Shown here in pieces: positions 29,017 to 37,012 of a stretch of 64,000 nt of DNA. The DNA is taken from assembly GCA_040400085.1 (NCBI GenBank), contig JBBAQX010000018.1:162-64161 (forward strand), given 5' to 3'. Under the pieces are notes generated by a model. The model had not been told where the DNA came from. It worked only from the letters and a program-made list of their open reading frames with translations, and did no database searches. The translations under genes were made by a program, and so were the position numbers. The DNA is from Lysinibacter sp. Lineage in GTDB: Bacteria; Actinomycetota; Actinomycetes; Actinomycetales; Microbacteriaceae. Every line of letters starts with the position of its first letter. Positions within the stretch are counted from its first letter, which is position 1.

Positions 29017-29840
29017 TTGTTCAATTAGGTGATCTGGTTTTGCCAGATACAGCCGTTCGGGGGTGGCTCTTTTCGAGCCTCACCGATTGGTATTCTCTCT
29101 CGGGTGTGAAAGCCCCGGTCAACGAAAGGCCCCAGTCACACGGGGCCTTTGGTGTTTCTAAGGGGTTTCGGGCCTCGGCCGCGGTGAGTTTCACCGCCCA
29201 CTATCTCGCTGAATCCGAGGACGAACTCCTCGGGGCCTTCGACGATATCCTCGCGGTGGCCAATAGCGGGGTGGTGCCGCTTCGCGTGACGGATGCTCGT
29301 GGCACCACCGAGCGAATGGTGAGCGTGCGGGCAACTGACGTCGAGGACTATCGTGGACGAACATCCGCGTCCATTGATGTCGACTGCCTGGCGAGAGATC
29401 CGCGTCGGTATTCGGTTGATGACTCCTGGCTCGAAACATTCCCTCCGACAGAGAGCAGCGGACTCGTGTGGCCGGTCGTGTGGCCTGCCACCTGGGCGGA
29501 TGAGGGGTCGTCGAGCGGGCGCATCGAGCTGGTGAATCGGGGCGTGATCGAATCTGCCCCGACCTACCGCCTACACGGAGGGTTCAGCACCGCGCTGCTC
29601 ACCGATGTGGATAGCGCTCGCCGGATCGGGCTTGACTATGCCGTGAGGCAGGGGTCTTTCGTGGAGATCGACTTTGCGCGGCGCACCGCGGTTATCGATG
29701 GGCAATCGGATGTTTCGCGCTACCTGGTCCATCGCGAATGGTGGACCGTGGGTGCCCGGTCATCCGTGAGAACACAGTTCGACGTGACGAAAGCGATTGG
29801 CGAGCCGCGATTGCAAGGGAAAGTGAGGTCGGCCTGGTGA
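29013..29840 (+). CDS. distal tail protein (Dit-like)
   Basis: About 275 aa from ATG 29013, which overlaps the tape-measure stop (ATGA). It begins MIVQLGDLVLPDT... and holds the canonical position directly after the tape measure. Confidence 0.6.
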   Translation: MIVQLGDLVLPDTAVRGWLFSSLTDWYSLSGVKAPVNERPQSHGAFGVSKGFRASAAVSFTAHYLAESEDELLGAFDDILAVANSGVVPLRVTDARGTTERMVSVRATDVEDYRGRTSASIDVDCLARDPRRYSVDDSWLETFPPTESSGLVWPVVWPATWADEGSSSGRIELVNRGVIESAPTYRLHGGFSTALLTDVDSARRIGLDYAVRQGSFVEIDFARRTAVIDGQSDVSRYLVHREWWTVGARSSVRTQFDVTKAIGEPRLQGKVRSAW

Positions 29841-30967
29841 CAACCTGGTATGTATTTGAGACGCTCACTGGCCGCATCCTGAGCGAATTTGTGCCGCTGA
29901 ACGGGTCGTGGGATTCGCGACTGAACGAACCCGACAAGGTGGACGTTTCGATCGCGCTTTACGATCCGCTCGAACGAGAACGCGATTGGCGAAATCTTGC
30001 TCTTCCGTGGAAACATTCGCTTGCTGTAGAAGAGTCGGGCCGACTGTATGGTGGGCCTATCCAGCCGCATGCCTACGACGATAATGCACAGACGCTCAAG
30101 ATCACCGCGCTGGGGATTGAGTCGGTTTTTGATCGTAGGACGGTTCTTCCTTTGGCAGCGTTGACGACCCCGCTGGTGACGGCGGCCGGGGTTTCTAACC
30201 CAGCTTTGGCGACCAGTATTCGGGGTGTTGACCTCGGGACGATCGCTAAAAAGCTGTTGCAACAAGCTATGTCCTGGCCCGGGTCGGGGTTGCCAATTGT
30301 GTTCGAGGCTGATCGGGCCGGGATTCATACTTGGTCGTGCAAAGCGATCGAACAGGTGAAGCTGATGGACGCGATCGATAAGCTCACCGATCTCGAAAAC
30401 GGACCCGATTATGCCTTCCGCTTGGAACGCGCCGACTCGTCCCGGTTCGAGTGGCACTTCGTGACGGGGACCCAGACTCAGCCTCGGCTGCAATCCGTTG
30501 GCTCGCACACGTGGGATCTCTCCGCGGAGAACGCGTCGGGCTCCGGTCTAGCGGTGACCACGAATGCCGGCAAGATGGGTTCGCTAGCCTGGGCAACCAC
30601 CGGTGGAAGCTCCAGTGCCGCGTTGGCATCACGCCAATACGATGCGACCCTCGTGGCCCAGGGGTATCCGCTGCTCGAGCTGATTGGCTCGTCGCAGTCT
30701 GGGGTCACCCAGCAGGCCGTGCTGGACGGGGTTGCCCTGGCGCAACTGCGGACGTCACGTAAGCCGTCGGAATTTTGGTCGTTCGAGGCATCCCTCAGCG
30801 AGGTTCCATCGTTGCAGGAATACAGGGTCGGTGACCTCTGCTCCGTGACAGTTCAGGATGACCCGTATATTCCAGATCAGACATACGCTCGCAGGATCGT
30901 AGCCCTCTCGGGAGACGAACAAGGAGATTGGGTCAAGATTACGTGTGGGGAGGTTTACGATGGCTGA
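29837..30967 (+). CDS. tail-associated (Tal-like) baseplate/minor tail protein
   Basis: About 376 aa from GTG 29837, which overlaps the Dit stop (GTGA). It begins VTTWYVFETLTGRILSEF..., like actinophage minor tail proteins, and holds the position after Dit. Confidence 0.55.
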   Translation: MTTWYVFETLTGRILSEFVPLNGSWDSRLNEPDKVDVSIALYDPLERERDWRNLALPWKHSLAVEESGRLYGGPIQPHAYDDNAQTLKITALGIESVFDRRTVLPLAALTTPLVTAAGVSNPALATSIRGVDLGTIAKKLLQQAMSWPGSGLPIVFEADRAGIHTWSCKAIEQVKLMDAIDKLTDLENGPDYAFRLERADSSRFEWHFVTGTQTQPRLQSVGSHTWDLSAENASGSGLAVTTNAGKMGSLAWATTGGSSSAALASRQYDATLVAQGYPLLELIGSSQSGVTQQAVLDGVALAQLRTSRKPSEFWSFEASLSEVPSLQEYRVGDLCSVTVQDDPYIPDQTYARRIVALSGDEQGDWVKITCGEVYDG

Positions 30968-31547
30968 TCCACGTGCGCCGTATGAGGACTATCGTGTGGT
31001 GACCTCTGAGCTTGGTGTGCTTCGTCAAGAGCTTCGACTCCAGCGGTCTGGGTCGCCCGGTTCGTGGTCTGGGGTCGAAACGGGTATTGCTGCTCAGAGT
31101 GGCCTCATACAGACAGCTGCTTTTGCCGCGCCAGCGTCAGCGCTTGCGCCGACAGCTGCTGGAGTGCCTGACCTGCTCGTCTCGCTTGAGACGGATGCCT
31201 GGACTCAGGAAACGATCACCGCGCCTCTTCTTAATCCACAGAACCTCGCCGTCGTGACCTTTGTGGTCTCCGGCGAGATTGCGGATGTGTCGGACGCAGC
31301 TGACGAGACAATCGCCTACCTCACGATTGAGGTCGACGGCGAGGTCGTGAGCCGCTCGCGCCTCGACATTGTTGACGACGCCTTACCGCAGGGCTGGCCT
31401 GGGACAACTTTCTCGAGGGTGTGTACTGCGGTCGTTAACGGCGTCGATGAGGCCGAGGTGCGTGTGCAGGTTGACGCTTTCACCGCAGCGGAAGAACCGA
31501 CGCCTCTCGCCCTGACCGGGCTGACCGTCACAAATACTCACAACTGA
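30960..31547 (+). CDS. minor tail protein, unknown function
   Basis: About 195 aa from ATG 30960, with an 8-nt overlap with the upstream gene. I recognise no motif. Confidence 0.45.
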   Translation: MADPRAPYEDYRVVTSELGVLRQELRLQRSGSPGSWSGVETGIAAQSGLIQTAAFAAPASALAPTAAGVPDLLVSLETDAWTQETITAPLLNPQNLAVVTFVVSGEIADVSDAADETIAYLTIEVDGEVVSRSRLDIVDDALPQGWPGTTFSRVCTAVVNGVDEAEVRVQVDAFTAAEEPTPLALTGLTVTNTHN

Positions 31548-31571
31548 TTTGAACGAACGATTGGAAAAACA

Positions 31572-32621
31572 ATGACACTTCGGAATACTTTCCCGAGCGG
31601 CCTGCCGACTGGGCTGCCGATTCTTGACACGCGCCTTGCTCTTTCTGGGCTCATCGCACGTGATATTACTGGGCAGCCCCGGCTGGGGTTGCTCCCTGAC
31701 TCGCTCGATCCTGTTGTGACGGGTACCTCGTCGATGGCTTACCAGGTTGGACCGTTCCGCGCGGTGACCTCGCGTGGGGGACTTGGGGTTGAGCTGGTCG
31801 CAAACGATGGGGCGGTCAAGGTTGATACGACGGCTGCGCCCTCGACCAATGCCCGGCTTGACGTGATTTACGTGCAGCCTCGGTTTAGTTTGGACGGGGA
31901 TGCGACTGACTTTCCGACTATTGGTGTGGTTCAGGGCGCTACCGCGCCGGTGGCCTCACTCGTGAGGCCACCGATGCCTGCGGGGGCGCTGATTCTTGCC
32001 GTGGCGCAGGTATCGTTTGGGGCCACAAGCACGGCTGGGAGCGGTGTGGTGATCACGCAGCTTGCGCCGTATACGGCGGCTAACGGCGGGACCGTTGTTG
32101 TGCGGGACGTTAGCGACTTGAACGGTTGGGCACCGCATAACAATAGCCGGGCCTATACCCTTGCCGACGGGATTGAATACGTGAGACACAATGGAGTATG
32201 GAAAGGATATTCCAGCGTTGTGCGTCACTTTACGGCTAACTACCGGATGGTAGCGGGGTGGAACGTGTTCTCGACTTCGTCTTGGTGGCAAACCCAGGGT
32301 TCAACGAATGTTGGTTGGACTACAGGCATGGTTGCGCCAGTCGAAGGGCTTTATGAAGTGGAAGCAGGCTTCCATCTGAATTCAATCCACACGGTTATTG
32401 TTGGCCTCAAGCTAAATGACACTGTGGCTCAAGCAACAGGATTTATTGCCGGTTCTACGATCACTGGCAATAGCGGATGGACTTCTGGAATTGTATCGAG
32501 GCAGATCCGTTTGAAGACGGGCGACGTGATTACCCCCGCGGCATACGTACAAACCGTGCCGTCGGTAAATGTTGCAACTGGGCCTCAAACGTATTGCAGT
32601 TTGAGGTTTGTCGGTGTCTGA
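31572..32621 (+). CDS. tail fibre / receptor-binding protein candidate
   Basis: 349 aa, the last large structural ORF. The C-terminal ~130 aa are beta-rich with a C1q/TNF-like pattern (GLYEVEAGFHL...VIVGLKLND...IRLKTGDVITPAAY...TYCSLRFVG). That domain assignment is my inference. Confidence 0.5.
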   Translation: MTLRNTFPSGLPTGLPILDTRLALSGLIARDITGQPRLGLLPDSLDPVVTGTSSMAYQVGPFRAVTSRGGLGVELVANDGAVKVDTTAAPSTNARLDVIYVQPRFSLDGDATDFPTIGVVQGATAPVASLVRPPMPAGALILAVAQVSFGATSTAGSGVVITQLAPYTAANGGTVVVRDVSDLNGWAPHNNSRAYTLADGIEYVRHNGVWKGYSSVVRHFTANYRMVAGWNVFSTSSWWQTQGSTNVGWTTGMVAPVEGLYEVEAGFHLNSIHTVIVGLKLNDTVAQATGFIAGSTITGNSGWTSGIVSRQIRLKTGDVITPAAYVQTVPSVNVATGPQTYCSLRFVGV

Positions 32622-33079
32622 TGAGAAGGCCCGTGGATGCACTAGCATGGCCGCTCAGCTTGTCACGAGTGAGGGCTGAGTTCGGCCCATCTAGGAACCC
32701 AAAAATGATGGGTGCGCTCAAAGCGGTGGCGACACACAGCGGCATGGACTTCCGAGCATCCCTCGGCGAAGCGATCCCCTCCGCCGGACCCGGAACCGTG
32801 ATCCACGCGAAACAAGACCAATTTGGTGGTCTCTACATATGCGTGAATCACGGTTCCGGAGTGATCACCTGGTACTGGCATCTCGACGCTTTCTCCGTCA
32901 GCGAGGGTGACGAAGTTGTGGCAGGCCAAAAACTCGGAGCGGCCGGAAGGACGGGGCTTACCTCGGATGTGCATCTGCACTTCGAGGTGCGGGTGGATGG
33001 GATCCCACGTAACCCGAGGGAATTGGTTGGTGCGGCATCCGCAATCGAGGGGCGCACCTGTCGGTCCACGAATAGATGA
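32621..33079 (+). CDS. M23-family peptidoglycan metalloendopeptidase
   Basis: About 152 aa from ATG 32621, with a 1-nt overlap with the upstream stop. It has the M23/LytM motifs HSGMDF, HGSGVITWYWHL and SDVHLHFEV. Confidence 0.8.
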   Translation: MRRPVDALAWPLSLSRVRAEFGPSRNPKMMGALKAVATHSGMDFRASLGEAIPSAGPGTVIHAKQDQFGGLYICVNHGSGVITWYWHLDAFSVSEGDEVVAGQKLGAAGRTGLTSDVHLHFEVRVDGIPRNPRELVGAASAIEGRTCRSTNR

Positions 33080-33139
33080 TCCGTATGCGGTGCGTCACCG
33101 ATTCGGGTCGAACCAGCACGGCTTAACGAAAGGAGTCTG

Positions 33140-33232
33140 ATGCTACGACGCTTGAAACATTTCTGCGGGTTCTGCCCTCGACAGAAATTGGGATACCGGT
33201 GTAACGGGAAAGACGGGAGGTGCGGCTGGTGA
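33140..33232 (+). CDS. 30-aa Cys-rich small ORF (hand-called)
   Basis: SD AAGGAG lies 4 nt before ATG 33140. The product is MLRRLKHFCGFCPRQKLGYRCNGKDGRCGW, with four Cys arranged CxxC...C...C. Its TGA stop overlaps the GTG of the next gene (GTGA). It falls below the ORF-track cutoff. Confidence 0.4.
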   Translation: MLRRLKHFCGFCPRQKLGYRCNGKDGRCGW

Positions 33233-33540
33233 TTGAGTGGCTATCTGATTATGCAAACGATCTGACCCTCATCCAGACCCTTGTGTGGGTGGGCGCTGCG
33301 ATTACGATTGTGACCTATTTGGTGAAGGCGTATCCGGTGATCCGTCAATTTATGAGAACGATTGAGGCGCTGGCAGACCTTCCCGACTTCATGGCGAAAG
33401 CCGACCGCGAGCTCACCGACAATCACGGGAGCAGCCTGAAGGACGCGATACGCCGGATTGAGAGCTCCGGGGTTCGCACGGAAAAGAAGCTGGACGAGCA
33501 TATCGCTCTGTGTAATGCGAAGGGAGACGAGAATGCATGA
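33229..33540 (+). CDS. phage membrane protein with a single TM helix (lysis-cassette associated)
   Basis: GTG 33229 lies 8 nt after GGGAGG, whereas the track lists GTG 33220. It has a TM helix (LIQTLVWVGAAITIVTYLV) followed by a charged helical tail (NHGSSLKDAIRRIE). Confidence 0.55.
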   Translation: MIEWLSDYANDLTLIQTLVWVGAAITIVTYLVKAYPVIRQFMRTIEALADLPDFMAKADRELTDNHGSSLKDAIRRIESSGVRTEKKLDEHIALCNAKGDENA

Positions 33541-33829
33541 TTCGTTTATCGCGTTGATCCGCACAGTTGTGCCGGCCGGTGTCGGCGCTGTTTTCGCGTG
33601 GATACTGAGCGCCGGAGTCGAGGTCGATCCCTCGGCGCAGGCCGCAGTGGTAACTGGTCTTACAGCTGTGTTTACCGCCGTGTACTACTCGGCAGTTCGG
33701 CTTCTGGCTAGTCGCTGGAGTTGGGTTGGCTGGCTGCTCGGGAGCCCGTCGTCGCCTACATACGGGGCTGGCGCTTCTGCGGTTTCTGACGTCTCGATTG
33801 CGGATGCCCCACAACCCACAACTGAATAA
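33533..33829 (+). CDS. holin-like protein (two TM helices)
   Basis: 98 aa from ATG 33533, with an 8-nt overlap with the upstream gene. It reads MHDSFIALIRTVVPAGVGAVFAWIL...AAVVTGLTAVFTAVYYSAV and lies just before the lysin. Confidence 0.55.
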   Translation: MHDSFIALIRTVVPAGVGAVFAWILSAGVEVDPSAQAAVVTGLTAVFTAVYYSAVRLLASRWSWVGWLLGSPSSPTYGAGASAVSDVSIADAPQPTTE

Positions 33830-33875
33830 GCGCGATTCTCGTCGGTAGATAACGAGGAATATCCGAGAAAATCTG

Positions 33876-33903
33876 AGGCCTGCTCTGTGAGCGGGCCTTT
33901 TTA
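33876..33903 (+). terminator. intrinsic terminator-like hairpin between the holin-like gene and the lysin gene
   Basis: AGGCCTGCTC-tgt-GAGCGGGCCT (one G-U) followed by TTTTTAT. The lysin SD (GAAAGGAG) follows directly. Confidence 0.55.
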
Positions 33904-33918
33904 TATGAAAGGAGAAGT

Positions 33919-34596
33919 ATGGCTATTTCATTTGATGCCTGGGTTGCTCAGGCTGAGAACAAGTGGATTGATCGTGATGGTGCCCCAGCCTATAACGTTT
34001 ATCAATGCCACGATGTGTGGCTTGACTACATGAATAAGGTCTATGATCTGCCCACGTCTTGGGGGTATGCGCCTGGAAATGGGTGGACCAGTAACGTCTG
34101 GACGCAATTCCCTTACAATGCCGGTCTTGCAAATCATTTTGTGAAGGTTGGTCCTGGTGCTGCTCAGCCTGGCGATGTTGCTTTTTGGCCTTCGCCTCAC
34201 GTAGCTGTTGTTTTGGCTGATGCTGGTGGGTCGTTGATTACCCTGTCGCAGAACAACAAGTTTGACAATCCGCCGACGCCAACGGTTCGCACGACGCTCA
34301 GCAAGAGCGGCATGCTCGGGTACTTACGCCCGAAAAATCCACCCAAAAACCCGACTAACCCCACCAATCCAGAAACTGAATTAGGAGAAGATGCAATGAA
34401 AATTTATTTGGGAGCACTTGCAGACGGAAGCCATGCCGGAAAGGTTTGGCTTTTTGGGCCGCGGGGCAAGGTTCATATTGGTAGCCCTGCTGAGGTACGC
34501 CTCCTGCAGCGGTACCTTCGAGAAATTGATGCCGGGCCGCTTCTTGAGGTGGAAGTTGACATTGCGGTTAATCGCTACATATCAAAAGTGCTCTAG
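33919..34596 (+). CDS. CHAP-domain endolysin with a C-terminal (cell-wall-binding?) domain
   Basis: 225 aa. CHAP catalytic Cys context (NVYQCHDVWLDY) and His context (FWPSPHVAVVL), followed by a PKNPTNPTNP linker and a ~70-aa C-terminal domain. Confidence 0.75.
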   Translation: MAISFDAWVAQAENKWIDRDGAPAYNVYQCHDVWLDYMNKVYDLPTSWGYAPGNGWTSNVWTQFPYNAGLANHFVKVGPGAAQPGDVAFWPSPHVAVVLADAGGSLITLSQNNKFDNPPTPTVRTTLSKSGMLGYLRPKNPPKNPTNPTNPETELGEDAMKIYLGALADGSHAGKVWLFGPRGKVHIGSPAEVRLLQRYLREIDAGPLLEVEVDIAVNRYISKVL

Positions 34597-34715
34597 CTAG
34601 GGCTGGATCCCGGCCCCAAAATCGCTGACACCTAAGCTCGAATTGCCATCAGACCCGAATCCGTACTAGTCTTGTCGAGTGCGTTCAAGCCGTTTCCAAC
34701 GGCAAGAGCAAACCT

Positions 34716-34800
34716 GGCGAGTTACCCAAGCGGCCAAAGGGATCTGACTGTAAATCAGCTGTCATCGACTTCGGGGGTTCGAATCCCTCACTCGCCACCA
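34716..34800 (+). tRNA. tRNA-Tyr (anticodon GTA), class II long variable arm, CCA encoded
   Basis: Hand-folded. Acceptor stem GGCGAGT/ACTCGCC, anticodon loop CTGTAAA, variable stem GTC-atc-GAC, T-arm GGGGG-TTCGAAT-CCCTC, and 3' ACCA. Confidence 0.9.
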
Positions 34801-34805
34801 GAAAA

Positions 34806-34841
34806 GCCCGCCCCGACCATCAGGTCGGGGCGGGCTTTTTT
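34806..34841 (+). terminator. intrinsic terminator after tRNA-Tyr
   Basis: GCCCGCCCCGACC-atca-GGTCGGGGCGGGC (13 bp, perfect) followed by TTTTTT. Confidence 0.85.
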
Positions 34842-34891
34842 CGTTGGTGGGGTTGTCCGTGCTGTGGGGTGCTCAGCGCTAGCGAACTCGC

Positions 34892-36133
34892 CTACCGCGT
34901 GAAGCTGTGCCGCCGTCCGAGGGTCACGACGAGTGCGCTGACCACAAGTAACCCGCCACTGCACCACAGCAGCGCGGGAACGCCAGCCCCGTCGAGCAAA
35001 GCCCCGCCGAGAAGCGCGCCGAGAGCGATAGCCGTGTTCCACACCGTTACCAGGATCGATTGCGCGGTGTTGAGCTGAGGCCCATCTGCCACAAACGAAA
35101 CGCCTGCCTGAAACACGGTTGGCGCACCGCCGTAGGCAAGACCCCACAGAACGATTGCCACAAAGGCAGCTGCTCCCAAAACGGCGGGCATAGACACGGT
35201 GGCTGCAAGTGCGACAACCGCGGCTGCGGTAACACCGGTGCTCAAAAGTGCCAGCAACCGGAACCTGCGATCAATAATGGATGCCGTTATCCAGACCCCA
35301 ACCAGCGACGCAGCGCCGAAGGCCAACAGCACCAGGTCGGTGTGCTCCGTAATCCCAGCCCCTCGCATCACCGGAATGATGTAGGTGAAACCCAGGTAGT
35401 GTCCGAGCATGAACGCACCTGTCGCTGCAAGGGCTGGCAATAGCCCAGGAATCAGCAGTGCCCCGAGAAGCGTATGCCGCTCACTCCCCGAAACGGCTTT
35501 CGGAGCCCCGGCAACCGATGGCAGAGCGAGCCGCACCGCGATCGCAAGGCTCAGGGCAATAACAGCGCCGATCATCCACACCGCTCGCCAGCCGAGCGCA
35601 TCGCCAAGAAACGACGAAATCGGCGGGCCAAACGCGAACGCAGCGGATACTCCGATTGTGACTACGGCGAGACCCTGTCCGATGCGTTCCTTTGGCACGA
35701 TTTTTATGACGTACCCGGGGAGCATGCTCCAGAGCACGCCGAGCAGGGCTCCGTTCACGATTCGCACACCGATGATCAGCCAGATCCCCGGGGCAAACGT
35801 GATCGCGACGTTCACCGCAGCGAAACCGAGCAGCACGGCGATGAGGAGTGGTCGCCGCGAGAATCGCTCGAGCAGCATAGTGAGGGGGATCGCGGTGATC
35901 GCTGCCGTGAAAGCGAGGGCACTCACGAGCTGGCCTGTCAAAGCCTCGCTGACCCCGAGTCCGATGCTCATCTGGCTGAGTAGCCCTACGGGCATGGCCT
36001 CGATGAAGCAGATGGTGAAGGCAACGGCACCGAAGAGAATTACCTGCGGCCAGGGCATCCGTAATCGATTTTTGTTGGTGACCGCGGGAATAGCGCGCGT
36101 ATCAGGCTGGTTGAGCTCTGTGAGGGAAGACAT
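34892..36133 (-). CDS. MFS transporter (12-TMS)
   Basis: It is hydrophobic throughout. The start is taken at ATG 36133 (MSSLTELNQ...), 15 nt from the MerR-type palindrome, whereas the track start is 36172. Confidence 0.8.
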   Translation of the reverse strand: MSSLTELNQPDTRAIPAVTNKNRLRMPWPQVILFGAVAFTICFIEAMPVGLLSQMSIGLGVSEALTGQLVSALAFTAAITAIPLTMLLERFSRRPLLIAVLLGFAAVNVAITFAPGIWLIIGVRIVNGALLGVLWSMLPGYVIKIVPKERIGQGLAVVTIGVSAAFAFGPPISSFLGDALGWRAVWMIGAVIALSLAIAVRLALPSVAGAPKAVSGSERHTLLGALLIPGLLPALAATGAFMLGHYLGFTYIIPVMRGAGITEHTDLVLLAFGAASLVGVWITASIIDRRFRLLALLSTGVTAAAVVALAATVSMPAVLGAAAFVAIVLWGLAYGGAPTVFQAGVSFVADGPQLNTAQSILVTVWNTAIALGALLGGALLDGAGVPALLWCSGGLLVVSALVVTLGRRHSFTR

Positions 36134-36147
36134 GTCACAATTTTCGA

Positions 36148-36169
36148 ACCTTAACACTAGTGTTAAGGT
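36148..36169. promoter_or_regulatory. MerR-type operator: perfect 10-bp inverted repeat ACCTTAACAC-ta-GTGTTAAGGT
   Basis: Seen in the 90-nt divergent region between the MFS and MerR genes. On the minus strand, TTGACC directly precedes the palindrome, the layout expected for a long-spacer MerR promoter. Confidence 0.6.
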
Positions 36170-36223
36170 CAAACGCTATCGCTGAGAGCGAAACGCAGGC
36201 TGCACGGTCGAAGGGATCTGAGG

Positions 36224-36613
36224 ATGAGAATAGGCGAGCTGTCCGAAAGGTCTGGGGTTTCAGCCCGTCTTCTGCGCTATTACGAAGAGCAGGACCTCCT
36301 GAAGCCGAAACGCGATAATAGCGGGTACCGTGACTACCCTGAATCCATGGTTTCGCTAGCCGCTCAGATTCGCGAGCTCATCGAATCGGGTCTTACTACC
36401 GAGATTATTCGGCAGATTCTTCCCTGCGTGATCGAGCATAACTCTGCCATTCTTCCGCGCTTTCCGGAGCATGCGGTTGCCCAGCTTCGCGAACACCAAG
36501 CCAAAATAGCGGCGCGGATCTGCTGTCTCACCGCAACTCACGGAGCCATCGACTCTTACCTCGATGCGGTTGCCAAGCGCCAAGAGGAAATGCTCCAGGC
36601 CACGAACTCCTAG
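36224..36613 (+). CDS. MerR-family transcriptional regulator
   Basis: 129 aa. MRIGELSERSGVSARLLRYYEEQDLLKP is the canonical MerR HTH. Confidence 0.9.
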   Translation: MRIGELSERSGVSARLLRYYEEQDLLKPKRDNSGYRDYPESMVSLAAQIRELIESGLTTEIIRQILPCVIEHNSAILPRFPEHAVAQLREHQAKIAARICCLTATHGAIDSYLDAVAKRQEEMLQATNS

Positions 36614-36817
36614 TCCATGTGGTGCTCTCTGGTGTGAGTTCGCTAACGGATGCTGCGCCCGTTTTTACCGAACCCGTCGCGTTCTGCTTTATCCCTCTCC
36701 CCCGGAATTGTGTGAAGTTTTGGCGGTAGACATCGCGGATTGGCGTTGCCCCCACTTAAGATGCTATTCTCTAACGGTTGCCTTTTGCGCGCTTGATAAG
36801 AGTGTGAAGAAGGAAGC

Positions 36818-36889
<72 letters not shown>

Positions 36890-36938
36890 CTGGCTTTGAT
36901 GATTGCCCGCTGATTTAGCGGATTTGAACTAAAGCTGT

Positions 36939-37012
36939 GGCTGGGTAGCTCAGTTGGTGAGAGCGCACGACTCATAATCGTGAGGTCGCGGGTTCGAATC
37001 CCGCTCCAGCTA
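36939..37012 (+). tRNA. tRNA with anticodon CAT (elongator Met, or Ile2 if lysidinylated)
   Basis: Hand-folded as 74 nt: GGCTGGG/TCCAGCT acceptor (two G-U pairs), CACGA-CTCATAA-TCGTG anticodon arm and GCGGG-TTCGAAT-CCCGC T-arm. It lacks the initiator features (no 1:72 mismatch, no GGG/CCC anticodon stem). Confidence 0.85.

Larger units (their letters stand above)
23010..34596. mobile_element. phage-derived tail-only cluster: regulatory switch + siphovirus-type tail module + lysis cassette. Candidate F-type tailocin or defective prophage
   Basis: The gene order and content are detailed in the individual features. No capsid, portal, terminase, adaptor, replication or integrase ORF fits in the only gap (25023-25539, non-coding). 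The flanks are chromosomal genes and tRNA-Tyr. Confidence 0.7.

Noticed and set aside
32477-32620. N-terminal extension of the M23 peptidase ORF
   Set aside because: It overlaps the 3' end of the fibre gene in another frame. ATG 32621 sits exactly at the upstream stop and precedes the conserved M23 domain.
34597-34800. Prophage integrated into tRNA-Tyr
   Set aside because: The cluster lies on the 5' side of the tRNA rather than overlapping its 3' end. There is no integrase. By eye I found no duplicate of the tRNA 3' segment, or any other direct repeat, at the left boundary (22943-23010). A computational att search is still advisable.
35409-36185. 258-aa plus-strand ORF
   Set aside because: It is antisense to the MFS transporter gene and its sequence is low-complexity A/S/R/P-rich.
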